A DNA stretch of 24,000 nucleotides. Origin: Salmonella phage vB_SenM-AKM_NP4. Shown piece by piece: positions 16,230 through 24,000 of the stretch. Each line of letters begins with the position of its first letter. The first letter of the stretch is position 1. Below the pieces are notes generated by a model. The model searched no databases. It was not told where the DNA came from and worked only from the letters and a program-made list of their open reading frames with translations. The DNA lies in sequence record OR122689.1; one strand, 5' to 3'. Position numbers and translations under genes: made by a program.

Positions 16230-16454
16230 TCAACTCAAACTTTTCATTGCTTCTTCAAAAGTTAATTTTTTAACGGAAAGATACCGCGCCGAGCTAATTT
16301 TCTTACCATTGCTAAGGACGACCAGTGTCCCGTAGTCCCATCCTGATAAATCTATTGAGTTCCATATATCAACACATACTTGTAGTGACTCATCCGCTAC
16401 TATGAACTTCTCGTGACCATCTCGGTCACGATTGGCAATTAAAACATAAATCAA
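16230..16454 (-). CDS. Small hypothetical protein at the dmd/61.5 position
   Basis: 74-aa ORF overlapping the gp41 stop by 4 nt. Confidence 0.7.
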   Translation of the reverse strand: MIYVLIANRDRDGHEKFIVADESLQVCVDIWNSIDLSGWDYGTLVVLSNGKKISSARYLSVKKLTFEEAMKSLS

Positions 16455-17890
16455 AATTTAAGTTCCTCTGCAAGTGCGTCCAGCTTAGCTCGGGCTGATG
16501 TCTGGTCTGTGCGTTGTTGTCTATTAGCCTCGGCTTTTCGTTGCTGAGCTCCGGATGTTTCAGTAACTGGAGTTGGCTGAGTTCCACCTTCCTGTGCAAT
16601 TTCAACCCAGCGCTGATTTCCTTTCTTAACGCCTACCGCAAACTTATTCCAAATATTTTTATCGCCATAACGAGATTTAATCTGCTTGATGAGTTGTTGT
16701 CCCATCTGAGCAAGTTCTTCTGTCTCAATCACAGCAAGCATGAAGTCCGCCGTTGCCGGTAAGCCAGCTGATTCTGCAATGTCGGACATATTCATATCAG
16801 AAGCATCCCATGCACCACGACCAACCTGAGCCGCAGACCAGACTACAGTTTCTGATTCTACTGCCAATGCACGGAGTTCTTCGGCAATTGCTTTCACTAA
16901 AGTGTAACTGTTTTCAGTATAAACACGAATACGACAAGAACCACATATTCCTAGATAGTCAATCATAATGATATCAGGAACAAAATTCTTTTTAAGTTTT
17001 AACTCATTTAGTAAAGCTCTAAATGTGTTCGCATTAGCTCCGCCGGTAGGATATTGTTTAATGATTAAACGACCAAGAGTATTTTTATCTCGCCATTTTT
17101 CCATCTTACCTTTGTATTCTGCATATGACACATTGCCATCATCAATATCATCCAAAGATACATCAAGCAGGTTAGCATCAATACGTTTAGCGCAGACCTC
17201 CTCGGCCATCTCCATGGAGATATAAAGAACATTCTTACCAGTTTGAAGATAATCAGCTGCTAAAGAACACAATCCAAGAGACTTACCAACGTTAACACCA
17301 GCCATGAGAATGTTGAGAGTGCCAGTTTCTGCCCCGCCCTTAGTGATACGGTTCAAAATATTCATCAAGAATGGAACTTTACGAGCCTTGTTCTGATACG
17401 CTAACCAACGAGCTTCATAATCTTCCATCCAATCATGACCGACATAAGAGTCAAAACTAATAGAAAGAGCTTGACGCATAATGTCTGGAATTGCTCCAAC
17501 ATCCGGTAATTTTTTATTTCTTTTTTCTGGCGGTAGTTCAGCGTTCGTTTGAATTTCAATGATTTTTGATGTTGCGTTATACATCGCATGAGACTGTACA
17601 TATTTCTCAGTCTCTTTTACCAACCATGCTTGGTCTTCTGGCGTATCTGCTAATTTATCAATTAATTTTTTAGCTTGTTCAGCTTCAGATTCGCCTAGAG
17701 TTGAATTGTCTAATGCAATATTCAAAGCATTGATTGAAGGGACAGATTGATATTCGTTGATATGTTTTTGTAATAAGTTAAACACATTTTTAGCCGGGCC
17801 ATGTTCAAAATATTCTGAATCCATATATGGCCAAACTTTTGCGAAATATCCTTGATTAAAAATAAGATGCGATAATATTGTTTCTACCAC
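16451..17890 (-). CDS. 41: Replicative DNA helicase gp41 (DnaB family)
   Basis: 479 aa; MAGVNVGKSLGLCSLAADYLQTG Walker A-like, VLYISMEMAEE, IIMIDYLGICGS. Confidence 0.96.
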   Translation of the reverse strand: MVETILSHLIFNQGYFAKVWPYMDSEYFEHGPAKNVFNLLQKHINEYQSVPSINALNIALDNSTLGESEAEQAKKLIDKLADTPEDQAWLVKETEKYVQSHAMYNATSKIIEIQTNAELPPEKRNKKLPDVGAIPDIMRQALSISFDSYVGHDWMEDYEARWLAYQNKARKVPFLMNILNRITKGGAETGTLNILMAGVNVGKSLGLCSLAADYLQTGKNVLYISMEMAEEVCAKRIDANLLDVSLDDIDDGNVSYAEYKGKMEKWRDKNTLGRLIIKQYPTGGANANTFRALLNELKLKKNFVPDIIMIDYLGICGSCRIRVYTENSYTLVKAIAEELRALAVESETVVWSAAQVGRGAWDASDMNMSDIAESAGLPATADFMLAVIETEELAQMGQQLIKQIKSRYGDKNIWNKFAVGVKKGNQRWVEIAQEGGTQPTPVTETSGAQQRKAEANRQQRTDQTSARAKLDALAEELKF

Positions 17891-17900
17891 GGTAACCTCA

Positions 17901-18260
17901 TTAAAATAATTTGAAACGTTTTTTATTACGCTCAGCTAACGCTTGCTCAATTTGAATTTTAACACATTTTTCAACATGCGGAGCTAGTTCTGCTTTTCTA
18001 TCTTCGGATAATGTAGAAAAATCTACAGAAATTTCGTTTCCATTGTGATTTATTGATGTGACATAAACTATATGTGAAGAACCATCTTCTAATGTTAGCA
18101 AAATTTCTTGTACTATATTAGCCATTGCCTTTTTGACAATATCTAATGATTTTTGGTAAACTCTTTCTGTCCTCTCAAATTCCCCCTCCTGAGAGGGGGC
18201 TTCTTCGACGACTTCAAGATTTAAATCTAATTCGCTTAAATCATAATCGTCTTGTTTCAT
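17901..18260 (-). CDS. 40: Head vertex assembly chaperone gp40
   Basis: 119 aa between gene 41 and uvsX, as in T4. Confidence 0.8.
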   Translation of the reverse strand: MKQDDYDLSELDLNLEVVEEAPSQEGEFERTERVYQKSLDIVKKAMANIVQEILLTLEDGSSHIVYVTSINHNGNEISVDFSTLSEDRKAELAPHVEKCVKIQIEQALAERNKKRFKLF

Positions 18261-19423
18261 TATTCGTCCATCATAGAGTCAAGGTCATCTTCAATTGCTG
18301 CCGGAGACGGAGCATGAGAACCTTCGGGAGCTTTGAAAACCTCAGTTTTTGAATTAATCAATGCATCAACTTCAGCATCAACAACCGCATTACTATCAAT
18401 TGCGCCCAGTTGATATTTACGTTTAATTGCATCACGGAATGGTTGATGCTTGAACATCGGTCCCCAGAAATCTACGCACGATGTAGCTGCTGCGCGCCAT
18501 GATTTTTCTTCACGAACCATTTCACCGGTTTCAATGTCCAAATATTCGCGAGCATACCAACCATTTTTTGGTTTAACTACAAACCCGAGCTCCAATGCCA
18601 TTTCAAGCAAACCAGAATACGGGTCAATACCACCGTCAAATTTAACATCAATAAAGAACTTAGATTTCTCTTTAACTGTACGAGATTTTTCTGCGTTTAA
18701 AACAAACTGATAACCTTGCAAATCAGTACCGTCTTTAATCTGACGTTTACCAATAATAAACACGGTATCCGCAGAATACATCGGACCAGTACCACCGGTC
18801 ATTACCGTTTTACTGAACATTTCAATAGTTTCAATTGTATGGTTAACTGCAACACATGGAATGTTCTTAATACTGAAGTATGGAGTAACGATACGGAACA
18901 GAGATTTCAATGCTTTCGCACGGGTCATATCTGCGACCGATTTTTCGTTCAACGCATCTTCAGTTTCTTTCTTGGAAGCCAGGTTACCAATTGAGTCGAT
19001 GAATACAATAACCTTTTCACCACGCTCAATTTCTTCTAGCTGATTTACCATATCAATCTTAAGTTGTTCAACAGACTGAACAGGAGTATGAATAACACGG
19101 TCAGGGTCAACGCCCATAGATTTCAGATAAGCCGGAGTAATACCGAATTCACTATCATAGAACAGACAAATTGCATCAGGATGTTTTGTCATATAAGCAC
19201 TGACCATTGTCAGAGACATATTCGATTTAAAGTGCTTTGACGGACCAGCAAAGATTGTTAAACCAGACTGCATACCACCATCTAATGCCCCACTGATTGC
19301 AATGTTCAGCATCGGAATTTTAGTACGGATAACGTCTTTTTCGTTGAAGAATTTTGACTTAGTTAGTTCCGCGGTCATTTTAGAAGTGGATGCTTTAATC
19401 AGACGAGATTTTAAATCAGACAT
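18260..19423 (-). CDS. uvsX: UvsX RecA-like recombinase
   Basis: 387 aa; TIFAGPSKHFKSNMSLTMVSAYM, CLFYDSEFGITPAYLKSMGVDPDRVIHTP, VIFIDSIGNLASKKE. Confidence 0.97.
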   Translation of the reverse strand: MSDLKSRLIKASTSKMTAELTKSKFFNEKDVIRTKIPMLNIAISGALDGGMQSGLTIFAGPSKHFKSNMSLTMVSAYMTKHPDAICLFYDSEFGITPAYLKSMGVDPDRVIHTPVQSVEQLKIDMVNQLEEIERGEKVIVFIDSIGNLASKKETEDALNEKSVADMTRAKALKSLFRIVTPYFSIKNIPCVAVNHTIETIEMFSKTVMTGGTGPMYSADTVFIIGKRQIKDGTDLQGYQFVLNAEKSRTVKEKSKFFIDVKFDGGIDPYSGLLEMALELGFVVKPKNGWYAREYLDIETGEMVREEKSWRAAATSCVDFWGPMFKHQPFRDAIKRKYQLGAIDSNAVVDAEVDALINSKTEVFKAPEGSHAPSPAAIEDDLDSMMDE

Positions 19424-19479
19424 TCATTTTTTCCATAAGTCTCCATTATATTTTTCTCATAGGTTTAAAGGATAGAGTA

Positions 19480-19506
19480 ATTATATCAAAACAAATTTAA
19501 AGCGAT
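19480..19506 (-). promoter_or_regulatory. MotA-type middle promoter ahead of uvsX
   Basis: Minus strand ATCGCTTTAAATTTGTTTTGATATAAT. Confidence 0.55.
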
Positions 19507-19637
19507 TTAACTTTTATTACGCACTTAATTGGTGAGTTGACCATTGATTTTCGAGGTTTAGACATTTTAACCTCAGGCACATCCTCAGTTCTTTTAATCC
19601 AACTTTTGTATGGACAGTATTTTTCTTTCTTGGTCAT
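19497..19637 (-). CDS. Small basic hypothetical protein (46 aa, MTKKEKYCPYKSWIKRTEDVPEVKMSKPRKSMVNSPIKCVIKVKSL)
   Basis: Manual translation; fills the uvsX/bgt gap; weak GGA Shine-Dalgarno. Confidence 0.4.
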   Translation of the reverse strand: MTKKEKYCPYKSWIKRTEDVPEVKMSKPRKSMVNSPIKCVIKVKSL

Positions 19638-19663
19638 GATATTTCCGGTTTAAATTTTTGAAA

Positions 19664-19688
19664 GAAGGTACACTAGAAGTATACCTTC
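19664..19688 (-). terminator. Probable terminator hairpin downstream of beta-glucosyltransferase
   Basis: GAAGGTA...TACCTTC 7-bp stem with partially paired inner region, flanked by A/T-rich tracts; U-tract is imperfect. Confidence 0.45.
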
Positions 19689-19704
19689 GCGAAAATTTTT
19701 AAAC

Positions 19705-20781
19705 TTACAGGTCAATAGCCTTGCGGAACTCTTCTTGCCAAATTGGTTTTTCATCAAGATATTTTTGAAGAATTTTGTGCTGATATTTCAAAGTTTCAAC
19801 ACGGAACTCTTCATCTTCTTTAATCTTGTTGATTTTATCTACTAATTCTTGACGATTACTCACATAAAAGAAATCATTACCTTCCATGATATTCATGTCA
19901 GGGTCAAACGTGCTATCGAAGAATGCCACTGCAGTAGATGCTAGAGCTTCCCATACACGAGGAGTGATTTGGTTGTTATCGTAGGTTTTATCACCTAATA
20001 CAATAGTAGCATACGCGGTTGAGTTGCGTTGAACCATTTCACGAGAGTCTACTTTACCGGGGAATACCGGCGGAGTTGTCCAAGGAAATTCTGGGTTCTT
20101 GAACTGTTCTGCTTTCACTGAACCAAAGAATTCAACATCCAATCCAGTATCAAATAGGTATTCAATCATTTTAGCTTCACGGTTACCAGAACGGAAAGTG
20201 CCGCCATAAATCAGGTCTCGCATTTTGATGCCATCTGCGGCAATCTTAAAGACACTATGATACATTTTATGACGGTCCAAAGCAAAATGAACGAATTCTA
20301 GTTTATCGGATAAACATCCAACTAAACGATCAGAATGAATTTTCTTGCATTGCTCTAGATTTCTTCCTTGAGATACAATACGCATTGGAGATGTTACAAT
20401 GAATTGTTCTTCTTTATATTTACTGGACCATTTCTTTTTAGACATCCTTCGCCAAGCTTGCTCAAACGGAAGACGAATATCGGTGAACAAATAATAAATT
20501 TTTGATTTATACTTATTCATGAACATATAAGCTTCTTTGTTCATCTTATTTTCTTCGCCGCCATAGAAGTTCAGAGCAGCATTAACGACCAATAAGCGGT
20601 CATACACATTCGGGTCTTTTACTGAATCGAAAGAAATTCCATACTGTGTATTTTTCATTGAAATAAGGTCAACATCAAGACCCATATCTTTTAAACATTC
20701 GGACAAATAAATTGTTTCTGAAGCAGGGGTTGTTTTAAACCCCTGGATGTTATTGCCCATATTAATAATAGCAATTTTCAT
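19705..20781 (-). CDS. bgt: DNA beta-glucosyltransferase
   Basis: 358 aa; MKIAIINMGNN...SSETIYL-like, KYKSKIYYLFTDIRLPFEQAW, YGGTFRSGNREAKMIEYLFDTGLDVEFFGS, C-terminus WQEEFRKAIDL; matches T4 BGT across its length. Confidence 0.95.
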   Translation of the reverse strand: MKIAIINMGNNIQGFKTTPASETIYLSECLKDMGLDVDLISMKNTQYGISFDSVKDPNVYDRLLVVNAALNFYGGEENKMNKEAYMFMNKYKSKIYYLFTDIRLPFEQAWRRMSKKKWSSKYKEEQFIVTSPMRIVSQGRNLEQCKKIHSDRLVGCLSDKLEFVHFALDRHKMYHSVFKIAADGIKMRDLIYGGTFRSGNREAKMIEYLFDTGLDVEFFGSVKAEQFKNPEFPWTTPPVFPGKVDSREMVQRNSTAYATIVLGDKTYDNNQITPRVWEALASTAVAFFDSTFDPDMNIMEGNDFFYVSNRQELVDKINKIKEDEEFRVETLKYQHKILQKYLDEKPIWQEEFRKAIDL

Positions 20782-21614
20782 AGTGTCGGTTCAATCTCGC
20801 TAAATTTATGAAAAGCATCTGACTTCTGCTTTTTAGCAACACACATACGAAGTACTTTCAAAGGTTCATCAGTACCAAACATAGTTTTGGTTGGGTCACC
20901 TTCTGATTTCCACCGAGCTTGAGTTGGGAAGTCAGCATGAATTTTTTCCAGCGCTCTGTTCTGTTTAGCAGCATTACGCATAGATGATACACCGCCTGGA
21001 GCTTGTCCTTTACCTGATTTAACGAGATATTTAAAAATCGCCAAATGAGGATAACCCATATTAATGAGTTTAAGAAACGCGTATGTATCTTCGGATAGGT
21101 CTACTATACCATATCCAATGTCATCGGCAGAAAGTTTGCTTAAATCATAAAAAGTATTTGTAAACCCGTAAGAGTTCTCACGGAAATGACCCCATTTAGA
21201 GTCAATCTTGAATATTGGCAAGCGAGCGTGACCATGATAAAAGCCGCAGTCCATCGCTGTTTCAACATAAAGACAAAGATTATTAAATTCATCCCAGGTC
21301 ATTCCAACATCATGGAGAATGCGCCGGTCATCTTTTTCGCGAATTTCCGTTGTATGAATAGTAGTATCATCATCCAACATCCAGATGCGTTGTCCTTGAT
21401 ACATTTCGGTAATTAAACGACGAGTACCAGCAATCCCATTTACATCATCCGGGATAGTTACTATTTTAGCAATTGTGCTATATCGAGTTTCGTATTCTTC
21501 TTTTTGAGATTCGCGAACTACAAGATGAGCGACATAACCTTTAGGGAACATGTCTAGGGCAGTAACTGCCCCGACACGATTATAACTTGGAATTACAAAT
21601 TGAATCATTTCCAA
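20778..21614 (-). CDS. Second GT-A-type glycosyltransferase, putative DNA sugar-adding enzyme (T2/T6 beta-glucosyl-HMC transferase-like role)
   Basis: 278 aa; QFVIPSYNRVGAV, IPDDVNGIAGTRRLITEMY, RIWMLDDDTTI (DxD); 4-nt overlap with bgt and located between bgt and gene 42. Confidence 0.75.
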   Translation of the reverse strand: MEMIQFVIPSYNRVGAVTALDMFPKGYVAHLVVRESQKEEYETRYSTIAKIVTIPDDVNGIAGTRRLITEMYQGQRIWMLDDDTTIHTTEIREKDDRRILHDVGMTWDEFNNLCLYVETAMDCGFYHGHARLPIFKIDSKWGHFRENSYGFTNTFYDLSKLSADDIGYGIVDLSEDTYAFLKLINMGYPHLAIFKYLVKSGKGQAPGGVSSMRNAAKQNRALEKIHADFPTQARWKSEGDPTKTMFGTDEPLKVLRMCVAKKQKSDAFHKFSEIEPTL

Positions 21615-22342
21615 TAACCTTTGTAATCTTTCTTTGATATATGAGTTTCACCAGTATGGTAAAAATGGTCAACTAGATAGAAGTGACGAGAATAAACATG
21701 CAAACTACCTACGTTCCAAATAATGTCACCAACTACGTATTTTTTATCGCGGCCACAGTTAAGTGTTTGTACTAATAATTCTAACACATGTTTTTGCCAA
21801 GCATAGTCATTTCTAAAACCGAAGACTACATCATTGCTTCTCATACTCACAACAGCATGAACTTGCTCATCGCGAATTAAATATTGAACCGTGTTTGTAC
21901 ACATGAAATCACTCATACCGTCACGGTTATAATCAGTCTGCATACTTGGACGAGTATAAATCATAATTCCGCGGCGAGAATCTGGATTGACACTCAGTTC
22001 AGCCACACAACTTGCAAATTGGTTATAATTATCTTTATTCCAAATTGCCCATCCGTAGTTTGAGTTAATCTCGCCGTTTTTGGATGAAATCTGGTCCCAA
22101 ATTGCTGGAGTTTTTCCTGGAATGTCTTTAACGAATAAACTTTGAGACTTATACCATTCTAATTCGCGGGCTACATATTCATCATTAACTGAACCAAAAA
22201 TAAGTTCTTCATCTGCAATAAAAGATGCGCCGATAATTTCAATAGTTTTTACGCCAGTTTTGTCAATAACAAACTCTTCATTTTCGAGAGCTACAGCAAA
22301 TTCCTGACGAATGTCTTGTACTGTCAAAGGTGTGATAATCAT
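21605..22342 (-). CDS. 42: dCMP hydroxymethylase
   Basis: 245 aa thymidylate-synthase fold; NPDSRRGIMIYTRPSMQTDYNRDGMSDFMCTNTVQYLIRD, SMRSNDVVFGFRNDYAWQ, GDIIWNVGSLHVYSRHFYLVD. Confidence 0.96.
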   Translation of the reverse strand: MIITPLTVQDIRQEFAVALENEEFVIDKTGVKTIEIIGASFIADEELIFGSVNDEYVARELEWYKSQSLFVKDIPGKTPAIWDQISSKNGEINSNYGWAIWNKDNYNQFASCVAELSVNPDSRRGIMIYTRPSMQTDYNRDGMSDFMCTNTVQYLIRDEQVHAVVSMRSNDVVFGFRNDYAWQKHVLELLVQTLNCGRDKKYVVGDIIWNVGSLHVYSRHFYLVDHFYHTGETHISKKDYKGYWK

Positions 22343-22587
22343 TTTGCCTCTTTAATTACGATAATTTGTTGAGGTTGGTTATTTTTTCGCTCGGCGACGA
22401 ATGCCCAAATTAAAGCAACCAACCATCCAATGAAAGTCCAACCAAAAATAAGATTTAAAAAGAAAATTCCAACATTAGATTTTGTCCCACGAAGAAGAGC
22501 AATAATCCACGGAAGAAAATACGCTAAAAACGCTAAGAACAATGAACCAAAACCAAGTGCCGCTGTACCCAATACGATAGTTTCCAT
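22339..22587 (-). CDS. imm: Superinfection immunity membrane protein
   Basis: 82 aa; FLAYFLPWIIALLRGTKSNVGIFFLNLIFGWTFIGWLVALIWAF typical of Imm-family; next to gene 42 as in T4. Confidence 0.88.
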   Translation of the reverse strand: METIVLGTAALGFGSLFLAFLAYFLPWIIALLRGTKSNVGIFFLNLIFGWTFIGWLVALIWAFVAERKNNQPQQIIVIKEAK

Positions 22588-22615
22588 TATAATTTCCTCT
22601 ATTTTATCAAATGAT

Positions 22616-23062
22616 TTATTTAGCGTTTTTAGCCATACATTTATTAAAAGCTTTCACTTTTCCGCCTGAACGATAATGAATAACTGCCAGACGAGTTTTA
22701 TTATTTGGATTTTTGAAGTATTGTTCACGAAGAACTTCTTCATGAGCTTCTACAACAAATTCACACATTCTGATAGCTTTTTCCTTTTTATCGAGTGCAG
22801 CTTGACGTTCATCGCCTTCAGCTACTGATTTTTTAATTGCAGCTTCAAGCGGACTATTCGCGCGCCGTTCTTCAATTTCTTTAATAGCGTTAAGAGTTTC
22901 CTGCGAGACTTGAGAAGTTGCACGAGTATAAACCATTCCAGAAGCTGGCTTATAAACCAAATTACCTTCACTTCCATAATGTGGTTGCGAATAAGGTTGA
23001 ATAGAACAACCTGCTAAAGTAGTTGCTGCTAGAACAATCAATGATTTCAAATTAAATTTCAT
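22616..23062 (-). CDS. Putative lipoprotein, downstream of early promoter and upstream of imm
   Basis: Start at MKFNLKSLIVLAATTLAGCSIQPY; signal peptide with LAGC lipobox. ORF-track extension to 23104 overlaps the promoter. Confidence 0.75.
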   Translation of the reverse strand: MKFNLKSLIVLAATTLAGCSIQPYSQPHYGSEGNLVYKPASGMVYTRATSQVSQETLNAIKEIEERRANSPLEAAIKKSVAEGDERQAALDKKEKAIRMCEFVVEAHEEVLREQYFKNPNNKTRLAVIHYRSGGKVKAFNKCMAKNAK

Positions 23063-23092
23063 TTTATTTTCCTCATTTGTTTTGATGAGATA

Positions 23093-23122
23093 ATAGTAAC
23101 ACATCCTTCCATGGATGTAAAC
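23093..23122 (-). promoter_or_regulatory. T4-type early promoter
   Basis: Minus strand GTTTAC, 18-nt spacer, TACTAT; begins immediately after the gene 43 stop codon. Confidence 0.75.
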
Positions 23123-23124
23123 GG

Positions 23125-24000
23125 TTAGAAGTCAAACATATCTTCTAATGATGCTTTCTCTTCGTAGTCCATACCAGCAGCCTCACACATGCCAGTCAAA
23201 GGTTTGACAAAAGACTTCTGAAAGAGCGTAGTGTAATCCATCCAAGCCAATACTTCTGAACGAATTTCCTGTGGCAACTCAGTACCGGATGGCCAAGCAA
23301 TACACTTATCACCAAACGGGTTTCCTTCACGCAAAGGAACAATCATTACTTTATTCCCCTCAAGAATTGGAGTAGCGCTGAACCCAGCAGTCGCTCGGTT
23401 GTAAGTCAAAGCACCTCGAATGTGGAACGGACACTTAAATCCAGGCCATCCGTTATCATCATACTTGGCGATGTCATTACATGTCTTAACTTCTGCAATG
23501 ATTTTGTAATCAAGACCACGGTATTCTTTTTCAAACTGTTTGTAATATTCTTGTACTGATTTTTCACCTTCTTGAAGCATACGACGAATACTTTCTTCCA
23601 ATGCTGCCTGCACCGCCTTTGGAGTAGAAGATTGCTGAGTTTCCATACCCATGATTTTTAGATGCGGCTCAGTGTAACGAGTATCTTCCATGTCATATAC
23701 GTTCAATGCATAACGTTTCTTAGCTTTCCAGAAACCGCCAATACCCTTTGAACCAAGAGGAGGACAAGAAATAGCCTCACGGTCCATATGCATTAAGTGT
23801 TCTTTATTATTCATGTACTCGCAAAGCTCACGGTAAGCTTTGTCAATCATAGGTTCCATTTTTTTCTTACCAAATTGGTTCATGAATTCAACCAAATCAT
23901 TGGTATTTTTAAAACGCTCTAAACCTACTTTTTCAATTACTTTATCAACAGAAACGTAAACTGAGTCAGTGTCGCCTGCCGCTATAAAATCTTCATTTGT
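23125..24000 (-). CDS. 43: DNA polymerase gp43, C-terminal portion (gene continues beyond window)
   Basis: Open to the window edge in frame; FIAAGDTDSVYVSVDKVIEKVG (family B motif C), KKRYALNVYDMED, LKIMGMETQQSSTPKAVQ; C-terminal EDMFDF sliding-clamp-binding-like tail. Confidence 0.98.
   Translation of the reverse strand, partial: TNEDFIAAGDTDSVYVSVDKVIEKVGLERFKNTNDLVEFMNQFGKKKMEPMIDKAYRELCEYMNNKEHLMHMDREAISCPPLGSKGIGGFWKAKKRYALNVYDMEDTRYTEPHLKIMGMETQQSSTPKAVQAALEESIRRMLQEGEKSVQEYYKQFEKEYRGLDYKIIAEVKTCNDIAKYDDNGWPGFKCPFHIRGALTYNRATAGFSATPILEGNKVMIVPLREGNPFGDKCIAWPSGTELPQEIRSEVLAWMDYTTLFQKSFVKPLTGMCEAAGMDYEEKASLEDMFDF

Noticed and set aside
16514-17225. Plus-strand ORFs opposite gene 41 and minus-strand 17401..17601
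   Set aside because: Shadow ORFs of the gp41 helicase frame.
18146-19043. Plus-strand ORFs opposite gene 40/uvsX
   Set aside because: Antisense shadows of well-identified coding sequence; composition not protein-like.
1-24000. CRISPR arrays, tRNA genes, rRNA, toxin-antitoxin or retron-like elements
   Set aside because: No regularly spaced repeats, cloverleaf-like segments or characteristic proteins were seen; region is fully packed with T4-like genes.

Overview
The window is a T4-like myovirus early/middle region, almost entirely transcribed on the minus strand. From low to high coordinates it reads: rIIA; gene 60 / HNH homing endonuclease / gene 39 (split topoisomerase large subunit); small ORFs; motB-like; dexA; dda; srd-like; ModA/ModB-type ADP-ribosyltransferase; mrh-like; soc; 56 (dCTPase); one plus-strand membrane-protein gene; 61 (primase); sp (Spackle); 41 (helicase); 40; uvsX; beta-glucosyltransferase; a second sugar-nucleotide-type glycosyltransferase; 42 (dCMP hydroxymethylase); imm; a lipoprotein; and the 3' part of 43 (DNA polymerase). 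The strongest finding is a diverged version of the T4 gene 60 ribosome-bypass / MobE cassette. The gene 60 N-terminal ORF (missed by the ORF track) ends at DADVDG-stop. It is followed by a 5'-TAGCC-TTCG-GGCTA hairpin and a 48-nt (not 50-nt) gap, and reading resumes at TGSIYPSLLAFF. The take-off/landing codons are GGU/GGC instead of T4's GGA/GGA, and an upstream HNH endonuclease ORF overlaps the start of gene 60. Other points of interest are two adjacent DNA glycosyltransferases, near-identical early promoters ahead of the Spackle and Imm/lipoprotein modules, duplicated UUCG terminators (one abutting a MotA-like middle promoter), and an unfamiliar small ORF at the dmd position.
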